From: Pseudobdellovibrionaceae bacterium
Lineage (GTDB): Bacteria; Bdellovibrionota; Bdellovibrionia; Bdellovibrionales; UBA1609
DNA: 64,000 nucleotides
Assembly (NCBI GenBank): GCA_947444305.1
Contig: CANEZP010000020.1
Location: 6,703-70,702, forward strand
Direction of reading: 5' to 3'
Part shown: positions 1 to 8,238 of the stretch, in pieces
Layout: every line of letters starts with the position of its first letter
Numbering within the stretch: the stretch's first letter is position 1
The notes under the pieces: generated by a model
What the model was told of the DNA's origin: nothing
Database searches by the model: none
What the model saw: the letters and a program-made list of their open reading frames with translations, nothing else
Position numbers and translations under genes: made by a program

Positions 1-1142
1 TCGTTCACTCAATGGGCCCCACGGCGCAACTCGATCAAGGTTCATTTAGCGATTACGATCTTATCCTTGCCGATAATTTTGCGCGTTGCTTGTCACGACG
101 GCCACCGAAACAATTGATTTATCTGGGCGGCTTAATTCCGAAGTCACCCGATCTTTCGAAACATTTGCGCAGCCGGCTCGAAGTCGAAGAAGTGTTCAAG
201 GAATACAAGCTGCCGACCACCGTCTTCCGCGCCGGGCTGATTCTCGGCGACGAAGGGTCGTCGTTTCAGATTCTGCTTAAGCTCGTCAATCGCTTACCTT
301 TTATGATCTGTCCTGCCTGGACAAAAACAGAGACAACGCCGGTCGATCTCGAAAGCGTTTTGCATACGTTAAGCGCGGCCGCACTCGATGAACGCCACCT
401 GAATAAGGTTTATGATTTGGCGGGCTGCCGGCCGCTAACGTACCTCGATATGATGCGCGAGACGGCGACGAAGCTCGGACGCAAGCGAGCGTTCATCAGC
501 GTGCCGTTCTTTACGCCGACGTTATCTCGCCTATGAGTAAGCCTCATCACGAATTCACCGAAGGGTTTGGTCTACCCGCTGATCGAATCGCTCGCGCACC
601 CGATGGTCGCGCGCGAAAGCCATATGTTCAATCAAGTTTCTTCCCGACGCTCTTACTCACAACTCTTAGACCTCGCCACGTTGAAAACGAAACGCAGCGG
701 CAGCTCATTTTTTCGGTTCCGGGCGCAAGGCAATACCGTACGCTCCGTGCAGCGTTTGAATCTACCCACCGGGAAGGATGCCGTTTGGGTCAAGCAGCGT
801 TACCTCACTTGGCTGCCTCGCTTTCTAGCGCCGCTAATTCTGGTGGACGTCGAAGGCTCGCGGATTACCTTCGCCTTACTCACCAAAAAGCTCAAGATGC
901 TCGAACTCTATCGCGACGAGGAAAGAAGCGATCGCGACCGGCAATTGCTCTACATCGTCGACGGGCGTTTAGTTGCGCAGAAGCAGGGCTGCTTAGAATT
1001 TCGGGTCGTGCTGAACCGTCGGTTCGTGCTCGCCTCAATCCACGAGTTCAGACCCGCGCTGCCCTGGTACCTCTACGTGCTCACGCAGGCTAAGCTTCAC
1101 CTCTGGGTAATGTCGGCTTTCGGCCGCGATCTAAAGTCGTAG
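1..1142 (+). pseudogene. NAD(P)-binding epimerase/dehydratase-family (atypical SDR) gene, 5'-truncated by the window, interrupted by an in-frame TGA at 534-536
   Basis: ORFs 12..536 and 567..1142 are in the same frame. Reading through gives ...TPTLSRL*VSLITNSPKGLVYPLIESL. Motifs VHSM, IYLGGL, HLRSRLEVE and RAGLILG are typical of this SDR-like family. Confidence 0.65.
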
Positions 1143-1269
1143 GACCGAAAGTTGCTTAAGCAAATCGTCTAAACTAAATGGATCTTATGTGCGCTCAGCG
1201 CGCCGATGATGTAATTTGTGTCGCCTCGTCGAAGATCTAAACGCAAAGCTGCCGAAGGCCTACGGACCG

Positions 1270-2076
1270 ATGAAGAGCGTGGTTGAACATCTGCAAAATG
1301 CCTCACGCCGCCTGAAGCGCGAGCGGCCCGGCATGAGTCTCCGCGCGGTCGCCGGCCGGCTGGACATCTCGCCGTCCTACTGGAGCAAAATTTTGCGTGG
1401 TGAGCGGGCCTTATCAAAGGCTCTGCTTCCCCGCGTAGTCAAAGTGCTCGCGATGGACGTGCAGCAGGTCGCCGAGCTTCAACGCTGTATCTTACAGAAT
1501 ATTGAGAACGAAAAGCTTGCGCCCGCGACGGGTTTAAATACGCAGACCGAGCAACGCTCGCCGGTGGCGGATTATAAGGAAATGGGAACTCCCGATTTTT
1601 GGATGCTTGAGGAATGGTTTCACATTCCCATTCTCAATGCGCTAACGCTATCGGCGCAGCCCACGATTGATGAAATCGCCCGGCGCTTAAAAATAGGTGT
1701 CGGTAGCGTCAACCTATCGGTTGCTAAAGCTATCGCGGCCGGCTTTCTGATCCGCACCGCCGGTGGCCAGTTGAAACGCACCGACTTGCAAGTAAGGTTT
1801 CCGACCAGTCGTTCGCATCCCGCGGTTCGTAAATTTCAGGGCGCGATGATCGGCAAAGCGCTCGAAGCGATCACCGCCGGCAAAGCCGCCGATCACTTTG
1901 AAGAACGATTGATTTCGTCGGTCTGTTTCGCGGGTTCGAAAGAAAAAATCCTGGCGGCGCGACTAATCCTTGAAGAGGCCATGTACCGCGCCGCGAACCT
2001 AATGGCCGGTGAAGACCAGCGCGAGACCGTCTACCAACTTAACGTTCAACTCTTCCCGCACGACCGAAAAGATTAG
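1270..2076 (+). CDS. TIGR02147/DUF4423-like HTH protein
   Basis: N-terminal HTH (SLRAVAGRLDISPSYWSKILRGER), central EEWFHIPI and C-terminal VYQLNVQLFP are typical of this family, which is expanded in Bdellovibrionota. ATG at 1270; the ORF is open from 1216. Confidence 0.8.
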   Translation: MKSVVEHLQNASRRLKRERPGMSLRAVAGRLDISPSYWSKILRGERALSKALLPRVVKVLAMDVQQVAELQRCILQNIENEKLAPATGLNTQTEQRSPVADYKEMGTPDFWMLEEWFHIPILNALTLSAQPTIDEIARRLKIGVGSVNLSVAKAIAAGFLIRTAGGQLKRTDLQVRFPTSRSHPAVRKFQGAMIGKALEAITAGKAADHFEERLISSVCFAGSKEKILAARLILEEAMYRAANLMAGEDQRETVYQLNVQLFPHDRKD

Positions 2077-2304
2077 CGAATAAGATAACCTAAATGATTC
2101 GGGCCCACCCGTGTCCACGAATGGACACGCTTCGTCGCTCGTCCCGGTCGAAAACAAAGAATACGGAATTTGGGGCAACGCCGGCTTGATGCGCTTCACG
2201 GACGGGACTTTAGAATTTATGATGACCGTCGGTACGCCCGTTCAGTTCCGCAGCAAAGCCATGATCATGCAGAAACAGCCTTAGTTTAGTCGACGGATTT
2301 TTCC

Positions 2305-2320
2305 GGGCACAAAACTTGCG
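2305..2320 (+). promoter_or_regulatory. sigma54-like -24/-12 promoter candidate
   Basis: GGGCAC-AAAAC-TTGC (GGCAC-N5-TTGC spacing), about 115 bp upstream of the 2435 start. Confidence 0.45.
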
Positions 2321-2434
2321 GTAGTTCCCCCATATCATTCCTCTCAAACCTGGCGTTCTCGGGAGAGTCATAAATCCCTCGGACGAACGGTTCGGGAGGA
2401 TAATTTGAACAACGTCATAAAGGGGGGAACTTTC

Positions 2435-2863
2435 ATGACAAAATATATTCTATTGGCGGCACTATCGTCGCTCGCCGCTTCGGCCTGGGCCATTGATTTG
2501 AGTGGGCGCGATGGTGCGTACCGATTAAGTGAAGATCGCTACGGAATGTGCACCGACCGGATCACCTTTTCTTCCGACACGGCGTCGAGCGTAACTTCGG
2601 TTTACGTCGGCTCGTGGAACTTTGCGCGCGTCGACGGCAACGCTTCGGTGCACGACGATAGTTCTTATCGTTCCGAAACGCGCAGCTTTAGTCGCGGCAA
2701 TAAGATCACGAAAGTTCGGTCCGTCTACGATAAAGGGAATCGTACAACCGCGACGCAGAAAACCGTGATGACGTTAGGCCGCGATAGTTTTCGCATTGTC
2801 GACCGCGACGTGGACGTTCCCGCGACGACGATCGACTGCACCTACGTTAAGATTCGCAATTAA
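2435..2863 (+). CDS. secreted hypothetical protein
   Basis: RBS AGGGGG, Sec signal MTKYILLAALSSLAASAWA, beta-rich mature region with two Cys. Confidence 0.75.
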   Translation: MTKYILLAALSSLAASAWAIDLSGRDGAYRLSEDRYGMCTDRITFSSDTASSVTSVYVGSWNFARVDGNASVHDDSSYRSETRSFSRGNKITKVRSVYDKGNRTTATQKTVMTLGRDSFRIVDRDVDVPATTIDCTYVKIRN

Positions 2864-3507
2864 TTAAATGCTTCGCCGCTCGCTGATTTTCTTTTCAAGG
2901 GCGGTGCGGCCGGCGCGCGGGCCGTTCCGCGGCGTAACGGTGTCATCAAGGCCGCGTTCGATGATGAGGCCGCGGATGCCGCGCGCGGTACCGTTGACGG
3001 GGTGAGGTCGATCACGACCCGGCCCGGTTTATTTTTATTCTTCAATTGGAAGACTTCCAAACGCATCGGACGCTTCAATTTCAAAACCATCGTGCCCGCT
3101 TTGTCTTCGGGATCTAAAGTCAGCGTCGCATCGGCGACGTAGGGACTGCGGCGAAACACGTTCTGCAATTGCGACTCAGAAATTTTAGAATAACGAAGTT
3201 GCGCCAGATCGACGACGACCCGGTTGTTCGCGGCGTCCATGCTCACTTGGAAATAGCCCGGGTTTAGGCCGGCGGGCTTCGATTCATGGTCGCCGAGATC
3301 GACGATCATGCGCTCGACCTTCGCTTTAGAGGAGTAAGACCGTCGTACGGCGAGCAACGATGAGCCGGTGCTCGCCCTCCCGCCGATAAACACGCCGTCT
3401 TTAACGTACGAGTTCGATTTTACGGTGAGGGTTCGTTTGTACGGTGTCATCGCGTGCACCCCAGTGGCGGCGCCGGCGAACATCAAGATCACGAAAAAAC
3501 GAAGCAT
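2860..3507 (-). CDS. secreted hypothetical protein, AMIN-like domain
   Basis: Signal peptide; repeated R-(V/M)-V/I-V/I-D-L strands (ERMIVDL, NRVVVDL, GRVVIDL) resemble AMIN domains. Confidence 0.6.
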   Translation of the reverse strand: MLRFFVILMFAGAATGVHAMTPYKRTLTVKSNSYVKDGVFIGGRASTGSSLLAVRRSYSSKAKVERMIVDLGDHESKPAGLNPGYFQVSMDAANNRVVVDLAQLRYSKISESQLQNVFRRSPYVADATLTLDPEDKAGTMVLKLKRPMRLEVFQLKNKNKPGRVVIDLTPSTVPRAASAASSSNAALMTPLRRGTARAPAAPPLKRKSASGEAFN

Positions 3508-3795
3508 GGAATACCCCCTTTTCTCATGATGCCCAGGTTGCGAGAGGGGTTCAATGGTCCTGGCCTATTTCATAGGCACTACTTTTCTCGCTATATATAA
3601 GGAGGAGGTGCCCCGGAGCCGCAAATGGGCTCTTGGCTAATGCCAGTACACACTCCATCGTTAAGTCATTGAAAATATTAAGCTTTAATGGATTTTAAAG
3701 GCATGTACAGAATCTATACCCCCTCCCCCTAGGCCCATTTGCGGCGCTACACAAACCCAGGATCCACTAGGTTGCCTTATAAATATTACATGGGG

Positions 3796-3811
3796 TGGCA
3801 CGGTCCTTGGA
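3796..3811 (+). promoter_or_regulatory. sigma54-like promoter candidate of lipoprotein 1
   Basis: TGGCAC-GGTCC-TTGGA, with a deviant -12 (GG for GC). Same context as 4665-4680. Confidence 0.45.
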
Positions 3812-3866
3812 ATACAAGATATTGAGAGCCAAGCGCTCATTTGATTTTTAATAGGGAGGGAGACCC

Positions 3867-4427
3867 ATGACACTTTTAACTAATAATACCGGACGCTTCT
3901 TGTTTGCAGCCATGTTGGTTGTTGGATTGGGCGCCTGCTCGAAAAAGAAAAACGGCAGCGTTGTTGCCGCTACGCCCGCAAGCTTGCAGTGTGTTTTCAA
4001 CGGAACGTCGTACGTTGTACCCGGAACCGCAACGCCCTGCTCGCCGCAAAGCCAATGTGTAATGAACCAAGCAGGTCAGTATTTGAATACGCTCGGTCAA
4101 GCTTGCACGCCTTATCAACAGGTGCCCGGCTATCCGAATCAATACCAAGGCTATAATCAACAGCAACAGCAACTTGGTTGCGGCTCTTACTACTACCAGT
4201 ACGGCGTTCAATATGTTCCAGTTTACCTCCAAGGTGGATTGCAGTGTGTTCGGATCGACTTGCTTCAAAATAACCAGCACGCGAGCTACCCGCCCAGCTA
4301 TTATCAAAGCGGTTACTACGAATATGGTTACGACTACTATTACGCTTACCCTCCCTACCAGGGTTCGGGCTGTCGTACGGAAGTCAGCTTTGGATCAGAC
4401 CTCGGCGGAATATCACTCTGCTTTTAA
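3867..4427 (+). CDS. Cys/Gln/Tyr-rich lipoprotein (paralog 1)
   Basis: RBS GGAGG, lipobox LGAC followed by SKKK, paired-Cys modules, Q/Y-rich low-complexity region. Confidence 0.8.
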   Translation: MTLLTNNTGRFLFAAMLVVGLGACSKKKNGSVVAATPASLQCVFNGTSYVVPGTATPCSPQSQCVMNQAGQYLNTLGQACTPYQQVPGYPNQYQGYNQQQQQLGCGSYYYQYGVQYVPVYLQGGLQCVRIDLLQNNQHASYPPSYYQSGYYEYGYDYYYAYPPYQGSGCRTEVSFGSDLGGISLCF

Positions 4428-4460
4428 TCACCTGATCACACTACATATATAGAGCTTCGC

Positions 4461-4493
4461 AAAGGCCTGGTGAAAACCGGGCCTTTTTCTTTT
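4461..4493 (+). terminator. Rho-independent terminator
   Basis: AAAGGCCTGGT-GAAA-ACCGGGCCTTT followed by a T-rich tail. Confidence 0.85.
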
Positions 4494-4496
4494 GGG

Positions 4497-4585
4497 GGCG
4501 CTTCCCACTGCCAGAGTCGGTCCCCACTGCTGGAAGTACCCCCCACTCCTGGGAGTGGGGGGCGCCCCCAGGAGTGGGGAGCGCC
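4497..4585. repeat. GC-rich palindromic element with 19-bp periodicity (REP/MITE-like)
   Basis: CCCACT at 4504, 4523 and 4542, then inverted AGTGGG at 4554 and 4573. The ends GGCGCTTCCCACT / AGTGGGGAGCGCC are near-perfect inverted repeats. Confidence 0.65.
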
Positions 4586-4664
4586 TTTCACGGCACTTTT
4601 GCTTCACGCTTCAACAATTTACGTCACCGGGATTGCATAAGATTCACGGTATTTGTTTAGGCGG

Positions 4665-4680
4665 TGGCACATGCCTCGCA
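4665..4680 (+). promoter_or_regulatory. sigma54-like promoter candidate of lipoprotein 2
   Basis: TGGCAC-ATGCC-TCGCA, with canonical GG-N10-GC spacing. Confidence 0.55.
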
Positions 4681-4749
4681 ATAAAGACTCCTGAACGAAC
4701 AAACTAATTTTATCGCCCACCTTATATGGTGGCGGAGGATGTAACTGTG

Positions 4750-5178
4750 ATGAACCTTAATTTAACCAAGATCACTTTGGCGATTCTGTGCATCGCGAGC
4801 CTGAGTGCTTGCGGAAAGAAAAAAGGCAATAGCGCAGTTGCGGCTGCACCCGCGGGTTACATGACCTGCACGACGGGCATCAACCCCTACACGCAGCAAC
4901 CTTGCCAAATCGGCACCCAGATTTACGCGGGCGCCGCGGGCACTTCGCAAGTGTGCACGACCGGGATCAACCCGTACACGCAACAGCCTTGCCAAATCGG
5001 TACGCCGATCATCGGTCAACAACAGCCTTACGGCTACGGTCAGCAACCCGGCTACGGCCAACAGTTTGGTGGCGGCTACGGTGGCGGAAATCCTTGCCAA
5101 CAGTACCAATATCAATACGGTGTTCCGTACTTCCCGCAAATGACTCAGTACGGAATGATGTGCGTACGCGCCGGCTAG
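4750..5178 (+). CDS. Cys/Gln/Tyr/Gly-rich lipoprotein (paralog 2)
   Basis: RBS GGAGG, lipobox LSAC followed by GKKK, two exact CTTGINPYTQQPCQIGT repeats, GYGQQ repeats. Confidence 0.8.
   Translation: MNLNLTKITLAILCIASLSACGKKKGNSAVAAAPAGYMTCTTGINPYTQQPCQIGTQIYAGAAGTSQVCTTGINPYTQQPCQIGTPIIGQQQPYGYGQQPGYGQQFGGGYGGGNPCQQYQYQYGVPYFPQMTQYGMMCVRAG
4867..5004 (+). repeat. intragenic duplication encoding CTTGINPYTQQPCQIGT x2
   Basis: 4867-4917 and 4954-5004 encode an identical peptide with synonymous codon differences. Confidence 0.9.
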
Positions 5179-5244
5179 TCGGAGCGTGATTCTGAAGAGC
5201 GATCTGTAGAATCCATCGATCAATAATCAATCAATCAATCGATA

Positions 5245-5282
5245 GCGAAAACCCTCGGTCATGCCGGGGGTTTTTGCGTTTT
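5245..5282 (+). terminator. Rho-independent terminator
   Basis: GCGAAAACCCTCGG-TCATG-CCGGGGGTTTTTGC followed by a T-run. Confidence 0.8.
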
Positions 5283-5314
5283 AGATGCCGCCCAACCGTG
5301 GTAAGAAATTGGGC

Positions 5315-7348
5315 ATGAATCCACTATTACAGCCCTCCAAATTAAAGAATTCGGCCGTCCCTTTTAACGATCTGAAAACGGAGCATTTCGCCGAGGCCCT
5401 CGACGCCTCGATCAAAAAAGGTCACGAAGTTTTGACCCAGATCAAAGAGAGCCCGGCTTCCTTCGACAACACCTTCCGCGGACTAGAAACTTGCACCGAA
5501 GAGATGGAATTCGTCTTCACGCTGTTCAGCAATCTGCTCGCGGCCAACACCAACGATGAGCTCCAACAACTTTCGATGACCCTCGGGCCGAAGGTCGCTT
5601 CGTTCGCGAACGACATCCTTCTCGACGGTATTCTTTTTAGCAAAGTCGAGGAAGTCTATAAGAACCGGCAGAGCCTCGCGCTGAACGCCGAACAAATTCA
5701 GCTGGTCGAAAAGGTTTACCGCGACTTCCAGCGCAGCGGCGCCGCCCTTTCCGTAGAAGACAAAACGAAGTTGCGCGCCTACGACGAAAAGCTTTCGCAG
5801 CTCAGCCCGAAGTTTCGCGAAAACGTACTAAAGGCCACTAACGAATTCGAAATGTGGATCGACAAAGAAGAATATCTCGCGGGCCTGCCCGCCTCCGCGC
5901 GCACCGCCGCGGCCGAAGCCGCCGACGAGAAAGGTAAACCCGGCCAATGGCTGTTCACCCTTCATCAACCGTCGTACGTCCCGTTCGTCACCTACTCCGA
6001 AAAACGTGAACTCCGCCAAAAGATGTACATGGCCTTCGCCTCGCGCGCTTACGGCGGCAAGTACGACAACCAAGATACGATTTTAGAGATCGTCCGTTTG
6101 ATGCAAGAGAAGGCCGCGTTACTCGGCGCTAAATCTTACGCCCACTACGCACTTCAATTGCGCATGGCCGAAACGCCCGAACAAGTGATGAGCTTTTTAA
6201 GCCGTTTGATGCGCGCTTCGAAACCGACCGCGCTAAAAGAAATCGAAGAAGTGAAAGCGCTCGCCAAAGAAATGGGCTTCGAGGGCCAATTCCAGGCTTG
6301 GGATTTCGGTTTCTACTCCGAAAAACTAAAACAGAAGAAGTACAATTTCGACGAAGAGAAATTGCGCCCGTACTTTAAGCTGGAGAACGTTATGGCCGGT
6401 GTTTTCGAGCACGCGCGCCGCCTGTTTGGACTCAGCTTCAAAGAAACTCAAGAATACCCGGTGTACCACGAGGACGTGAAAGTTTTCGAAGTGTACAAAG
6501 AGGGACCTGAAAAACAGCTCATCGGTCTATTCTACGCCGACTTCCACCCGCGCGCGTCTAAAGGTCAGGGCGCTTGGATGACCAACTTCTACGAACAAGG
6601 TGTCTTCCGCGGCAAAAAAATCCGCCCGCATGTTTCCATCGTGTGCAACTTTTCAAAACCGACGGCCGAGCAGCCCTCCTTACTCAACTTCACGGAAGTT
6701 TCGACTTTATTCCACGAGTTCGGTCACGCGCTGCACTCGCTTCTGAGCCAGGTTGAATACCGCTCGCTCGCGGGCACGAACGTTTATTTAGATTTTGTCG
6801 AGTTGCCCTCGCAGATTTTTGAAAACTGGGCCGAAGAGGAAGAATCGCTCAAGCTGTTCGCGCATCACTACAAAACGAATGAATTGATTCCGATGGACAT
6901 GGTAACCTCGCTGAAGAATTCGCAAAAGTTTATGGTGGGCTACACGGCCATGCGCCAAGTGAACTTCGCAACCTTGGACATGGCCTGGTTCTCGATGCCG
7001 CCCGCTAAAGGTGAGTCGGTCGGCGATTTCGAAGAGCGCGTAACTAAAGAGAGTCACTTGCTTCCCCGGGTTCCGGGAACGAATATTTCGGCAAGCTTCG
7101 GCCATATTTTTGGTGGCGGATACGCTTCGGGCTACTACAGTTACAAATGGGCGGAGGCACTCGATGCCGACGCGTTCGAGTTTTTCAAAGAGCGGGGGAT
7201 TTTTGATCCCGAGACCGCACAGAAATTCGAAGAGTTTATTCTTTCCAAGGGGGGCAGCGACCATCCCATGCGACTCTACGAAAAATTTCGTGGACGCTCG
7301 CCCGACCCGGAGGCTTTGCTCCGGCGTGATGGATTGCTTGAAAGCTAA
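5315..7348 (+). CDS. dcp: M3 family metallopeptidase (peptidyl-dipeptidase Dcp/oligopeptidase A)
   Basis: HEFGHALH zinc motif, DFVELPSQ, HIFGGGYASGYYSYKWAE, KGQGAWM. Confidence 0.9.
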   Translation: MNPLLQPSKLKNSAVPFNDLKTEHFAEALDASIKKGHEVLTQIKESPASFDNTFRGLETCTEEMEFVFTLFSNLLAANTNDELQQLSMTLGPKVASFANDILLDGILFSKVEEVYKNRQSLALNAEQIQLVEKVYRDFQRSGAALSVEDKTKLRAYDEKLSQLSPKFRENVLKATNEFEMWIDKEEYLAGLPASARTAAAEAADEKGKPGQWLFTLHQPSYVPFVTYSEKRELRQKMYMAFASRAYGGKYDNQDTILEIVRLMQEKAALLGAKSYAHYALQLRMAETPEQVMSFLSRLMRASKPTALKEIEEVKALAKEMGFEGQFQAWDFGFYSEKLKQKKYNFDEEKLRPYFKLENVMAGVFEHARRLFGLSFKETQEYPVYHEDVKVFEVYKEGPEKQLIGLFYADFHPRASKGQGAWMTNFYEQGVFRGKKIRPHVSIVCNFSKPTAEQPSLLNFTEVSTLFHEFGHALHSLLSQVEYRSLAGTNVYLDFVELPSQIFENWAEEEESLKLFAHHYKTNELIPMDMVTSLKNSQKFMVGYTAMRQVNFATLDMAWFSMPPAKGESVGDFEERVTKESHLLPRVPGTNISASFGHIFGGGYASGYYSYKWAEALDADAFEFFKERGIFDPETAQKFEEFILSKGGSDHPMRLYEKFRGRSPDPEALLRRDGLLES

Positions 7349-8226
7349 TGTCAGGCCGCGGAGTTACGCTTTATAAAAAGAAGATTTCAAACGTCGCCGT
7401 GGTGTTTCGCCGCGCGACGCCCGCCGCCCACGCTTCGGCGCGGGAACTTTGCCACTGGTTGCGCGATCGCCGCGTAAAGGTGTTTTCACACCCGGAGCAA
7501 AAGCTCGACGGAGCCGCTAAGCTTCGTAATGCGAAAGCACTCGACCTCGTCATCGTGCTTGGCGGCGACGGCACTTACCTCGAAGCCGTGCGTATGCTCG
7601 GGCCCGAGCGCGTGCCTTTGCTCGGAGTAAATATGGGCGGTTTAGGCTTTCTAACCGTCACGCGGGTGCAGGACTTATTCCCGATGGTCGAGTTGGCGCT
7701 CGAAGGTAAGCTCGAGATGAAGCGCCGCTCAATGCTTAACGTGCAAGTGCGCTCGGGCAACAAAGTGCGTTCGGAGTTTGCGTGCTTAAATGACCTGGTC
7801 ATCGAGCGCGGGCCGACCAGTCAGTTGATCCATTTGGCGATGACGGTCGACCGCTTGCCGATCACCACGATCAAGGCCGATGGGCTGATCGTAGCGACGC
7901 CTACCGGCTCGACGGCTTACAACTTGGCCGGCGGCGGGCCGATTTTACATCCCGAAGTGGACGCTTTGGTCGTCACGCCGATTTGCCCGCATTCGCTCAC
8001 CTCGCGGCCGTTTATCTTTCCGGACAAACGCAAAGTGCAGTTTTCGATCATCGGCGCGGGCAAGAAAGCGGTGCTCACGCTCGACGGTCAAAAGAAGGCG
8101 AAGATCGGACCGAACGACGAAGTCTGGGTCGATCGTCACCCCGATGACCATTTGTTCTTACGCAAGGTCGGGCACAATTTTTTCAGTCTGTTGAAAGAGA
8201 AACTGAAATTCGGCGAAAGGGCTTAA
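7348..8226 (+). CDS. nadK: NAD kinase
   Basis: GGDGT, ND, and DGLIVATPTGSTAYNLAGGGP motifs; lies upstream of recN. Confidence 0.95.
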   Translation: MSGRGVTLYKKKISNVAVVFRRATPAAHASARELCHWLRDRRVKVFSHPEQKLDGAAKLRNAKALDLVIVLGGDGTYLEAVRMLGPERVPLLGVNMGGLGFLTVTRVQDLFPMVELALEGKLEMKRRSMLNVQVRSGNKVRSEFACLNDLVIERGPTSQLIHLAMTVDRLPITTIKADGLIVATPTGSTAYNLAGGGPILHPEVDALVVTPICPHSLTSRPFIFPDKRKVQFSIIGAGKKAVLTLDGQKKAKIGPNDEVWVDRHPDDHLFLRKVGHNFFSLLKEKLKFGERA

Positions 8227-8238
8227 GAGGAGCACGGC

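Noticed and set aside
534-536. Genome-wide TGA=Trp recoding or selenocysteine
   Set aside because: TGA terminates many genes in this window, Trp is encoded by TGG elsewhere, and the context suggests Trp rather than Cys.
1225-1295. c-di-GMP-I riboswitch (ACGCAAAGC...GGCCTA resemblance)
   Set aside because: The upstream GGCAAA/GNRA-capped stem is missing and the pairing cannot be completed.
5215-5243. (AATC)x4 microsatellite as a phase-variation tract
   Set aside because: Only four units, located in a 3' UTR just before a terminator.
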